From a virus (lineage: Duplodnaviria; Caudoviricetes): 39,185 bases of DNA. The translations under genes and the position numbers were made by a program. The stretch covers positions 1 through 39,185 of IMG/VR virus record IMGVR_UViG_3300022407_006375. The stretch is one strand, 5' to 3'. This document shows positions 20,391 to 27,534 of the stretch, piece after piece (position 1 is the first letter of the stretch; every line of letters starts with the position of its first letter). Below the pieces are notes generated by a model. The model was not told the origin of the DNA, did not search any database, and saw only the letters and a list, made by a program, of their open reading frames with translations.

Positions 20391-20864
20391 ATGGCAAAAG
20401 TAACGAAAAATACAGACCCCAAGAAACCGGTACGCATCAAGATGGTGAAAGTCGGACCGGCACCAGACAAGTCGAAAGATGGTGTTGAGCTTGGGTTTAA
20501 GAAAGGCAAAGAGACAAGAGCCTACGAGAAACAGGATGTAAGAACTGGTGATGTTCGTTATGGTGCTGAGAGTAAGGATAAGCCAACGCCTGGATTTGTA
20601 AAAGAGGCTCAGCGTAAAGGTCAAGACATTGCTTACAAAGATGGTAAGTCATATCGTGCCGGAACAACTACTACTTTGAAAGAGCCAGATCAATTCACAA
20701 CAAAAATTAAAGTCACTCCGGATATTCGACCTATGAAAATTGTTATGTATGGAGGTGGTAAGGCCGCTGACAAGGTAAAGGTAAAAACAAAGATGCCCAA
20801 CAAAAGGCTACCACCTACAGTGAGTTGGTTAAAGCAACAGAAGAAACACGAAAGAGGCTACTAA
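20391..20864 (+). CDS. Lys-rich basic hypothetical protein (157 aa); lone plus-strand gene in this block
   Basis: ATG start, protein-like composition, own terminator overlapping the stop. No long ORF on the opposite strand. Confidence 0.7.
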   Translation: MAKVTKNTDPKKPVRIKMVKVGPAPDKSKDGVELGFKKGKETRAYEKQDVRTGDVRYGAESKDKPTPGFVKEAQRKGQDIAYKDGKSYRAGTTTTLKEPDQFTTKIKVTPDIRPMKIVMYGGGKAADKVKVKTKMPNKRLPPTVSWLKQQKKHERGY

Positions 20865-20875
20865 GCCTCTTTTTT
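20851..20875 (+). terminator. Intrinsic terminator between convergent genes
   Basis: AAAGAGGCT-acta-AGCCTCTTT followed by a T run. Confidence 0.75.
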
Positions 20876-20884
20876 ATGTGAGAA

Positions 20885-21286
20885 TTACTTTGGAACCATA
20901 GTATAAGGTCTGTTTTCTCCAATCAAATTCAATCTGTCTAACAATATTTTTACTTTATCATACGTTCTCGGTGTTACAGCCCAATCATCAGGTATTTCAA
21001 TTCCATCCTTGTCAATAATCTTCCATTCATCTGTGTTTTCAGTTTCAGAAGATTTAATTACTGGCCAAGCACCCTGTAAACTCTTTAATTCGATATGCGT
21101 GAGTTGCAGACAAGCAATCGTTCCTTGCGGAACTTGCGGACAAAATTCTGCCCACATATTCCAAGCAGAACCATCCTCAGCGACTACTTGAGGAACTATT
21201 ATTCTGTCATCAGGAACTCCTTCTAGTGCTTTCCTGAGTTGACCTACTGTGTTAAATTTAATGGATCCCATTTTTAATATAATCAT
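20885..21286 (-). CDS. Hypothetical protein (133 aa)
   Basis: ATGA overlap with the CAP gene. N-terminal TVGQLRKALEGVPDD is a common small phage-protein start. Confidence 0.65.
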   Translation of the reverse strand: MIILKMGSIKFNTVGQLRKALEGVPDDRIIVPQVVAEDGSAWNMWAEFCPQVPQGTIACLQLTHIELKSLQGAWPVIKSSETENTDEWKIIDKDGIEIPDDWAVTPRTYDKVKILLDRLNLIGENRPYTMVPK

Positions 21287-21630
21287 TTAAATCTTGCAAC
21301 AGCGTATCCCTTGTATTGTCCATAACCTACTTTTTTTAATCTGTTATTCAACAGTGTTTTTTTATGCGGCTTGCTGTTCATCCACCACTCGATTGGATCT
21401 ACGTTGTAAGCAATAACCTCAAAGCCACCTTTGCGATCGTGCATCAAGTGAGAATTGTATTTGTTTACGCACTTCCTGGCCCACAAATAAGAATTCACTT
21501 GAAGAAATAAGCTTCTCTTGGCCGGACTAATTCCGTTCTCTTTTCGAATAGCGTTTAGCTCTTTGTAGAAGTTTTGGGCTGACAACTCTGCTGTGAGTAG
21601 TAGCAGGATAATTGAAAAAAGGTTTTTCAT
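21283..21630 (-). CDS. Secreted CAP-domain (SCP/PR-1-like) protein
   Basis: Signal peptide MKNLFSIILLLLTAELSA|Q. CAP motifs LNAIRKENG..P, H, E.IA, WMNSKPHKK.LL, VGYG. Confidence 0.8.
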   Translation of the reverse strand: MKNLFSIILLLLTAELSAQNFYKELNAIRKENGISPAKRSLFLQVNSYLWARKCVNKYNSHLMHDRKGGFEVIAYNVDPIEWWMNSKPHKKTLLNNRLKKVGYGQYKGYAVARFK

Positions 21631-21748
21631 TTTTGCCTAGATTTAAAATTCCAACAATTTGTTTTGCAATGTCATTGGTAGGATTAACACCATCCATAAT
21701 TGCTCTGTGAACTTGTTCACCGATTTCTTTTAGATTATTCTTCTTCAT
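21527..21748 (-). CDS. Small hypothetical protein
   Basis: ATG at 21748 fills the gap between neighbours. The 3' end overlaps the CAP gene by 104 nt, so it is doubtful. Confidence 0.4.
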   Translation of the reverse strand: MKKNNLKEIGEQVHRAIMDGVNPTNDIAKQIVGILNLGKNEKPFFNYPATTHSRVVSPKLLQRAKRYSKRERN

Positions 21749-21950
21749 GCACTTTGAATTTTTTGCTTCTCCAGTGTTCAATAAATGTTTTCTTCATCAG
21801 CTCACCATATTCGACTGCCTCTTCTTCCGACAAATCAATCACTGAGATTTTTGGCTTCTCGTTAAAGCCTGCCTGTCGTGGTTGCGCTGGTACATCATAA
21901 AAAATGAAGTTTGGCATCATTGGAGGCAGTAAATCAAATGTCTTTTTCAT
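21735..21950 (-). CDS. Hypothetical protein (71 aa), probably on a near-leaderless mRNA
   Basis: ATG lies 4 nt downstream of a consensus -7 box. Confidence 0.65.
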   Translation of the reverse strand: MKKTFDLLPPMMPNFIFYDVPAQPRQAGFNEKPKISVIDLSEEEAVEYGELMKKTFIEHWRSKKFKVHEEE

Positions 21951-21954
21951 GCCT

Positions 21955-21985
21955 CAAATGTATTAAAACATTTTAATATTACAAA
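21955..21985 (-). promoter_or_regulatory. Bacteroidota primary-sigma promoter with a palindromic operator in the spacer
   Basis: Minus strand TTTG (21985-21982), 19 nt, TACATTTG (21962-21955) fits TTTG-N19-21-TAnnTTTG. TATTAAAA-CA-TTTTAATA palindrome at 21961-21978. Confidence 0.8.
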
Positions 21986-21986
21986 C

Positions 21987-22017
21987 AAAAAATAACCGGT
22001 GGAAATCAAACCACCGG
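21987..22017 (-). terminator. Terminator of the helicase/VRR-NUC operon
   Basis: Minus strand CCGGTGG-tttgattt-CCACCGG-TTATTTTTT. Confidence 0.75.
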
Positions 22018-22072
22018 CAGGACATACACCACCCCTTAAATCAGAACTATACTTCGAACTCGCAACTCAAAA

Positions 22073-22345
22073 CTATAAATTCTCTGCCTTAATAGCAAGG
22101 TACTGCTCCCAGGTGTCGATAACGAATACCATAAATCCCTGCTCTATCAGCAATTTATGCCTGTATTCCTGCAGTGGGCGCGCTTTTTTGTTCTTTGCCT
22201 TCACTTCTATAAATAATGCAACCTTGTTACAAAAGGCTTCAAGGTCTGGCCATCCTGGCTTGCTGCTGGCTACTTTGTGTACAACCCATCCTGATTTCTC
22301 AAGATCAATTCTTATTTTTTTTTGGAGCTTACTCTCTACTGCCAT
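22073..22345 (-). CDS. VRR-NUC domain nuclease
   Basis: ESKLQ...G.PDL...FIEVK...RPLQ..RH..L...GF.V.VID, the classic standalone phage VRR-NUC pattern. Confidence 0.9.
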   Translation of the reverse strand: MAVESKLQKKIRIDLEKSGWVVHKVASSKPGWPDLEAFCNKVALFIEVKAKNKKARPLQEYRHKLLIEQGFMVFVIDTWEQYLAIKAENL

Positions 22346-22347
22346 TT

Positions 22348-23613
22348 TTACCCAATCAAATTAATGTCCTTCGTAAAAAATTTCTTGGTGTAGTTTTGTT
22401 TTTTAACCACCGCCTTGTACACATGCCGCTCAAGGCCTTTCTCGCTAAACAGCCAGTACATCTTGCTTGCTATTTTTCTATCCTTTGTCTGCATCCGGGC
22501 TCTGCCCTGCCAGTAGCTTGTCGCGCTGAAGTCAATATTGTACATTATTAGCGCATCGGCTGTAGACAGGTTGGTGCCTTCTCTGCCGGACACTATTTGG
22601 CAAATAAACAAAAGATCGTCACGCTTGTTAAACTCCGCAGGATCGTCAGTATGATTTGGGAATAGCTGCCGCAGTAAATTTCCCTCAGCAATAAATTTAT
22701 AGAAGATAGCAATCTTCTGTCCCGCAAATCTTGTTTTAATAAACCATGCTTTTGATTCATCGAGTGTGTGGTATTTTGATACTTCTTTGCCTTCTTTTAT
22801 CTCAGTAGTTTTTACAGTGCCCGAACTTATCTGGTGAAATAATGACTGCATCTTCACAGGAGTATCGGCAAGGATCACATCACCGGACTTCATTGTGTAA
22901 ACCTTGTCCTTTTTTATTTTGTTCATAAGTGCGTACATGCGCACATCAATCGGAACAACTATAATTTCTTCCTCTACAAAAGATGTAAATCCTGCATCTG
23001 CCTGACTAAGCTTAACCATGTATGGGTCAACGATCTCGTTTATTTCTTTTTCCTTGGCATTCGTATAGTCGTTAACCATGAACCCATTAACAAATTTTTT
23101 CTTGATGTTAACAAAATCATAAGCCCACTTGTAGAAGTTAATGTACTTTTTGAAGGGGCTATGTTCGCTAATCCAGAATTGATGATAAATCTGAGATGGG
23201 GTCTCAGGCGTGGGTGTGCCTGACATTAATACGACTGGCTTATCGCCAATAAGTTTTTTCAGGTTTTTGGTTCTGTTGGTAGGCTTTGGATATGCAGATA
23301 CAGAGTGCGCTTCATCAATTATGAACAAGTCATATTCAGGCTTTAACTTTATCACCTGCTCAAAATTAGTAACTGTGATTAAATCAAAATTGTATCCGGT
23401 CTTTTGATAATCATCTTCAATACTGCTGATGGCTTTCTTCTTTGTAATAAAGCATACGCGATTGAACTTTTGTTTTGTCCCTTCGTTAGCAATCGTTAGT
23501 GCCATCACGGTTTTTCCGGTTCGGACCTCAGCCGCTAGGTAAACAATATTCTTTTCAAGAAGAATTGCTTTTGCTTTATCTACTGTTGTTCTCTGTTCTT
23601 CTCGCAGATTCAT
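22348..23613 (-). CDS. Superfamily 2 (SNF2/DEAH-like) helicase
   Basis: LREEQ Q-motif, VRTGKT, IIDEAH, MSGTP, EGTNLS, QGRAR. Confidence 0.9.
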   Translation of the reverse strand: MNLREEQRTTVDKAKAILLEKNIVYLAAEVRTGKTVMALTIANEGTKQKFNRVCFITKKKAISSIEDDYQKTGYNFDLITVTNFEQVIKLKPEYDLFIIDEAHSVSAYPKPTNRTKNLKKLIGDKPVVLMSGTPTPETPSQIYHQFWISEHSPFKKYINFYKWAYDFVNIKKKFVNGFMVNDYTNAKEKEINEIVDPYMVKLSQADAGFTSFVEEEIIVVPIDVRMYALMNKIKKDKVYTMKSGDVILADTPVKMQSLFHQISSGTVKTTEIKEGKEVSKYHTLDESKAWFIKTRFAGQKIAIFYKFIAEGNLLRQLFPNHTDDPAEFNKRDDLLFICQIVSGREGTNLSTADALIMYNIDFSATSYWQGRARMQTKDRKIASKMYWLFSEKGLERHVYKAVVKKQNYTKKFFTKDINLIG

Positions 23614-23987
23614 AGCAATTCTTTTTCTTCAAGTATACGCTCAATTTCAAGCCAGTCAACAAATGGTTTATGGTGTATGGATGTGTCGTGGATAAGTTTT
23701 ATTCCAAGGTTGTGGTCATCTATTGTGTAGTGGCCATACACTTTTCTCGATCCTGTTTCGTGATCAGGATTGTGGTTAAAATATTGGAAGTAAAGTCCAT
23801 TTTTGAAAAGCCATTTTTGTGCTACGGTTAGATCTTCATCATACCTCATCGTGTATAAAATCAACGTATGACCGAAGTCTTGCATACGCTGAATTACTCT
23901 TATTGCATGCGGGACTGCCGCGTGTATGTGCGGGAAATCATGCAATACGATGGTGCCGTCACAGTCAATTAAGAATGTTCTTTTCAT
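23610..23987 (-). CDS. Minimal HAD-superfamily phosphatase
   Basis: Motif I LIDCDGTIV, motif II ILYTMR, K in SRKV, motif IV YTIDD. Capless, 125 aa. Confidence 0.8.
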   Translation of the reverse strand: MKRTFLIDCDGTIVLHDFPHIHAAVPHAIRVIQRMQDFGHTLILYTMRYDEDLTVAQKWLFKNGLYFQYFNHNPDHETGSRKVYGHYTIDDHNLGIKLIHDTSIHHKPFVDWLEIERILEEKELL

Positions 23988-24003
23988 ATTTTATTGTTAA
24001 AAT

Positions 24004-24085
24004 AAAAAAACTCCACTCTGTTCCTTGAACCAATGATGAGTGGAGCCGACTTCCCGCCTGAAAGTCTTTACAGTCCAGCCTGGAC
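24004..24085 (-). other. Structured intergenic RNA: two hairpins with similar loops, then a bulged terminator
   Basis: Minus strand GTCCAGGCTGGAC, GACTTTCAGGCGGGAAGTC, then CTCCACTC...GAGTGGAG-TTTTTTT. Confidence 0.55.
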
Positions 24086-24096
24086 CTTGTGATTAT

Positions 24097-24618
24097 TTAT
24101 GCTGTTTTAAACTTCCATTTAAATCCGTATGCCGTCAATTGTTTACCTAAACAAACTTTTGAAATGGCATTTTTGTCTAGCATTAACAATTTTGCGGCAT
24201 TACTAATGGATTTATATTCAGCTATAACTTCTGAGTTTTTGCCTATTTTCAATACCGGTTTAGACTTAATAGGGCCATGCAATTCGCTTTCTTTTAACTT
24301 AATTAATCCTGTCGATATTGCATGCTTTATGTTTTTTGAGTATGTGGTCCACTCCAAATTAGAATAGTGATTATTTGATTTTACGCCATCTAAATGGTTT
24401 ACAATGGGAAGTTTTTCTGTGTTCTGTATGTAATGTTTTGCTACAAGCCTACTTACCTGAATTTTATTTTTTATCCCGTTATTGCGTATTTCATACATGA
24501 GATACCCCTTGCCATTGTTTGTTGGCTTCAAATACTTTTTCTTTAAAACGTTAAATAACTTACCGTCTGGGTATAAAATAAATCTCTTATTATTTAAGTA
24601 AATAATTTTATTTTCCAT
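24097..24618 (-). CDS. HNH homing endonuclease with a C-terminal NUMOD1-like DNA-binding domain
   Basis: VNHLDGVKSNNHYSNLEW HNH motif. C-terminal YKSISNAAK...ISKVC.GK..TAYGFKWK. Visibly more AT-rich than its neighbours. Confidence 0.9.
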   Translation of the reverse strand: MENKIIYLNNKRFILYPDGKLFNVLKKKYLKPTNNGKGYLMYEIRNNGIKNKIQVSRLVAKHYIQNTEKLPIVNHLDGVKSNNHYSNLEWTTYSKNIKHAISTGLIKLKESELHGPIKSKPVLKIGKNSEVIAEYKSISNAAKLLMLDKNAISKVCLGKQLTAYGFKWKFKTA

Positions 24619-25495
24619 TATTCACTTCCTCAAACCTTCTTATCAAATCTTCTTTTGTAATTGGATAAACTCCTGGATGCTGACAAACTTCTGACGCTGC
24701 GATGTTGGCGAGTTTGCATGCTTCTAAAACTCTTCTTCCTGGAATCTTTTCGATACCTTTCACCATGGCCAACAAAGCCGTAACAGTGTCACCAGCTCCA
24801 CATACATCAACTGTATCAACCTTATACCCATCAAATCCTTCTCCATCATCATCATAGTAAATGCTTATCCCTTGCTCTCCTAAAGTAACAACGTGGTAGT
24901 CTACACCTAGAAATTCTCTTGTTTTTGGGAATGGTGGTGCGTAAGAAATCAGTTCCAAGTACTCTTTTCTATTACACTTTAAAATAGTCGCTCCCTTAAA
25001 TTTATGAAAGTCTTTTTTCGCGTCTACCACAACAGGAATATCCATGATTTTACATGCCTTAATGATGCGCTGAGCTAGGTCCTCTGTTACCACTCCTTTA
25101 TGATAGTCACTAATCACAACACAGTCGTAAATTTTAGTTGCTATACCCACCTCCAATTCATTTAGCCAGTTCGCCATTTCGAATGTCTCTCCATCAAACA
25201 CATCTTCATCATCAATTCGAAGCAAGTGATGGGTCCCAGACATTATTCTGGTTTTTGTTGTGCTTCTGTCTTTATCAAAAAAGAAATTGACATTAACTCC
25301 TAACCCTTGCAAGTTTCTGACAACATTGCCAGCGCCTCCCCAGTTACTTTTACGGCTTGTTACCTTTACAACTGGAACTGGTGCCTCGGGAGATATGCGT
25401 TCAACATTACCAAAGATGTATTGGTCGTTGATAAAATCGCCTACTACTGCGATGTGTAGTTTACTGGCTCGTTCAAGGATTTCGTGGATGTTCAT
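24608..25495 (-). CDS. hldA: D-glycero-beta-D-manno-heptose-7-phosphate kinase (RfaE/HldE domain I, PfkB family)
   Basis: VVGDFINDQYIFG.VERISPEAPVPVV, GGAGNV, SDYHKG, DVCGAGDT. RISPEAPVPV is diagnostic of the HldE kinase domain. Confidence 0.9.
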   Translation of the reverse strand: MNIHEILERASKLHIAVVGDFINDQYIFGNVERISPEAPVPVVKVTSRKSNWGGAGNVVRNLQGLGVNVNFFFDKDRSTTKTRIMSGTHHLLRIDDEDVFDGETFEMANWLNELEVGIATKIYDCVVISDYHKGVVTEDLAQRIIKACKIMDIPVVVDAKKDFHKFKGATILKCNRKEYLELISYAPPFPKTREFLGVDYHVVTLGEQGISIYYDDDGEGFDGYKVDTVDVCGAGDTVTALLAMVKGIEKIPGRRVLEACKLANIAASEVCQHPGVYPITKEDLIRRFEEVNNGK

Positions 25496-25907
25496 TTTTG
25501 ATAACCCGGTTTATAATTTCTGTTGTTGAATAGTCTGTTAGCCGATCATAAAACTCAATCTTCACAAATTCTTGCCCTACAATTTTTTTGTCTTTCCAGT
25601 CGCTGCCTTTTAGCATTACGTCTGGCTTTATTTTTTGAATGATGTTAATTAAATCCCCATCACTGTAGAAAAACTCAACTCTGTCAATCAAGTTACGATC
25701 AAAAATTTTTAGATCGTATAATGCTTTGCCTCTTTCGGCTTCGTTGAATATAGGCCTACTTTCTCCTTTTAGCGACTTTATTCTTTGGTCGGAGTCTATC
25801 GCCACTATTACTTTTCCGTACTTCCTTGCTATCTCCCTGGCTTTGATCAGCATGTTTATGTGACCTACGTGGAGTATGTCGAAGGTTCCGTTCAAAAAGA
25901 CTTTCAT
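25473..25907 (-). CDS. hldC: Heptose-1-phosphate nucleotidyltransferase (RfaE/HldE domain II)
   Basis: NGTFDILHVGH (HxGH), SD..IK.LKGESRPI, KPD..LKGSDW, C-terminal YSTTEIINR. Confidence 0.85.
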   Translation of the reverse strand: MKVFLNGTFDILHVGHINMLIKAREIARKYGKVIVAIDSDQRIKSLKGESRPIFNEAERGKALYDLKIFDRNLIDRVEFFYSDGDLINIIQKIKPDVMLKGSDWKDKKIVGQEFVKIEFYDRLTDYSTTEIINRVIKNEHPRNP

Positions 25908-26700
25908 TTAATTTTCCATTTAATTCTTGAACTAATACCATGTGATTATAATCAGCAGCAATCTGATCAAGATAAAATTTATCATCCATTTCTTTAGCCT
26001 TCTTTGCTGCGAAATAGTGTTTGATCTCTTCATCTGTTACTTTTTGAATTGGCAACTTCTTCTTTTCATCAATAAACTTTCTAGCAGCATCTAAATCTGA
26101 TAACCCATAAAAAAGATCATCCGTATCATCAACAACTGATTTCTTCCCGCTGTTCTCTGAGCTGTACAATTGTTGATTCACTTTGTAGTCCGGCTTTCCA
26201 TGCCCAGTAACAATGGTCTGATCATGCCAAATGATATGATTGTTTGGGTACAATACCATCTGGCCGTTATCGATCCTTAACAAATGGTAGCACTTATGCT
26301 CATCCGGCATTTGCGCCCAAGCACCATCCCACCAGTCGAAAGTCATCACGTATGTTGCCGGCATAATAATGCCTGACTTCATCTTCACTGTGCACCGCTT
26401 GTACTGCAGGAATTTTATAACCTCCACACATACCTTGTCATCAAGGCAATCCCAAAGCTCTAGTTCCTCTAACTCAAAAAGAGGTCCTTCTGGTTTTTTA
26501 TACAGAATTGCGGATACGGGTAAGTTCCAGAAACAAGCACCTGACTCCAACAAAATGTTGAAGCCAAGCGCTCGGCCTGCCATAGCCTTTACAGAGTGCA
26601 CCAAACCTGCAACAGTCTCTCCATGGTGGCTCTGTAAATTGTACAGGTATTCTGCCCGCACAATAACTTTAAACTCCGGTATGCTCAGGAGGTGATTCAT
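25756..26700 (-). CDS. Conserved-type phage hypothetical protein; the last ~50 codons overlap hldC
   Basis: The N-terminal ~185 aa (VRAEYLYNL..HHGE...GRA..F..LLE.GA.F..LP.SA...LELWDC...EHK..H...DNG....YPNN) resembles a common phage family of unknown function. Confidence 0.7.
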   Translation of the reverse strand: MNHLLSIPEFKVIVRAEYLYNLQSHHGETVAGLVHSVKAMAGRALGFNILLESGACFWNLPVSAILYKKPEGPLFELEELELWDCLDDKVCVEVIKFLQYKRCTVKMKSGIIMPATYVMTFDWWDGAWAQMPDEHKCYHLLRIDNGQMVLYPNNHIIWHDQTIVTGHGKPDYKVNQQLYSSENSGKKSVVDDTDDLFYGLSDLDAARKFIDEKKKLPIQKVTDEEIKHYFAAKKAKEMDDKFYLDQIAADYNHMVLVQELNGKLNESLFERNLRHTPRRSHKHADQSQGDSKEVRKSNSGDRLRPKNKVAKRRK

Positions 26701-26924
26701 TAATTCTTTTGCTTGTTATTAAATCTGACGTTCCCAATGATTGGCCCTTTTAAACCAGCAGCGCGCTCTTCTTGCGTGATGCTCTGAACGATCATGGCAT
26801 CATTGCCATACTTATCATCCGGAGTATCAATTTGGATGAAGTCAATAAATCGGCCATTACCGTTTTTGTCTTTACGGACACGGGCCATGTCTAATTTGTC
26901 AAGGTTGATTGATCCTTTAATCAT
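26700..26924 (-). CDS. Small conserved-type phage protein (74 aa), possibly nucleic-acid binding
   Basis: SINL.K...D.YGND..I.QS...EER......PI.GN pattern. Coupled to its neighbours. Confidence 0.65.
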   Translation of the reverse strand: MIKGSINLDKLDMARVRKDKNGNGRFIDFIQIDTPDDKYGNDAMIVQSITQEERAAGLKGPIIGNVRFNNKQKN

Positions 26925-26928
26925 AGTT

Positions 26929-27534
26929 TTAGTTTAGTCCAAATGATTTCCAAAGCTGTACTCTCTCCCTGATTTTATCAGATCCAGTTTTATAGTACAA
27001 ATGATTTCTGTCGATGAGTAATTTAAAAAGACGGTCCGGCTGTTTTTTGCTGATGCCCACCATCAATACTTGCTTGTACTGCACAAAACCGCTGCATACA
27101 TCAAGGTACCACGCAGCACCTTGGTCATAGTCGAAGTTAACAATAGCATCTTCGAAACCTTTTTGAGTGGTGACAGATAATCCCTTGAACTCAAAAATAG
27201 TCCTGAGTCCTTTAGAGTCACCGTCTGTTTTGCACCTAGCGCTTACTCCATTCCTGAGCACACGATAAAACTCGTGCTCCCTTCGGAAGTCATGCGCTAG
27301 TATAAAATTTCGACACAGATGATCCTTAAAAAATGTCTTCCGCATCTCCATGGCAATTTCATACTTCTCGCTGCCAGGTGCCAAGGTCATTTTATGTGGC
27401 TCTGTGATATTATAGTGCAGCTCTGTGCCAAGCGAATATATCTCGCTAATGTTTTCCGGCTTTTCCTTGCCAGCAACTTTCGCGGCCAATGCCTTCAAAT
27501 CGCTATTACTTGTGTATTCGTGGTGGAAGTACAT
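26929..27534 (-). CDS. PD-(D/E)xK exonuclease (RecE/DUF3799-like)
   Basis: SNSDLK, LGTELH, RCKTDG, IFEFK, YD...AWY. Same operon as RecT. Confidence 0.75.
   Translation of the reverse strand: MYFHHEYTSNSDLKALAAKVAGKEKPENISEIYSLGTELHYNITEPHKMTLAPGSEKYEIAMEMRKTFFKDHLCRNFILAHDFRREHEFYRVLRNGVSARCKTDGDSKGLRTIFEFKGLSVTTQKGFEDAIVNFDYDQGAAWYLDVCSGFVQYKQVLMVGISKKQPDRLFKLLIDRNHLYYKTGSDKIRERVQLWKSFGLN

Noticed and set aside
20385-20624. Hydrophobic 79-aa minus-strand ORF as a holin upstream of TerS
   Set aside because: It lies almost wholly antisense to the Lys-rich plus-strand gene, whose AAA/AAG codons generate Phe/Leu on the other strand. No endolysin is nearby.
24004-24618. Group I intron carrying the HNH gene, or a hammerhead ribozyme (tgatgag...gaaa on the plus strand)
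   Set aside because: Both flanking genes look complete, the HNH start overlaps the hldA stop, and no intron core is recognisable. The hammerhead core lacks CUGAUGA and the required stems.
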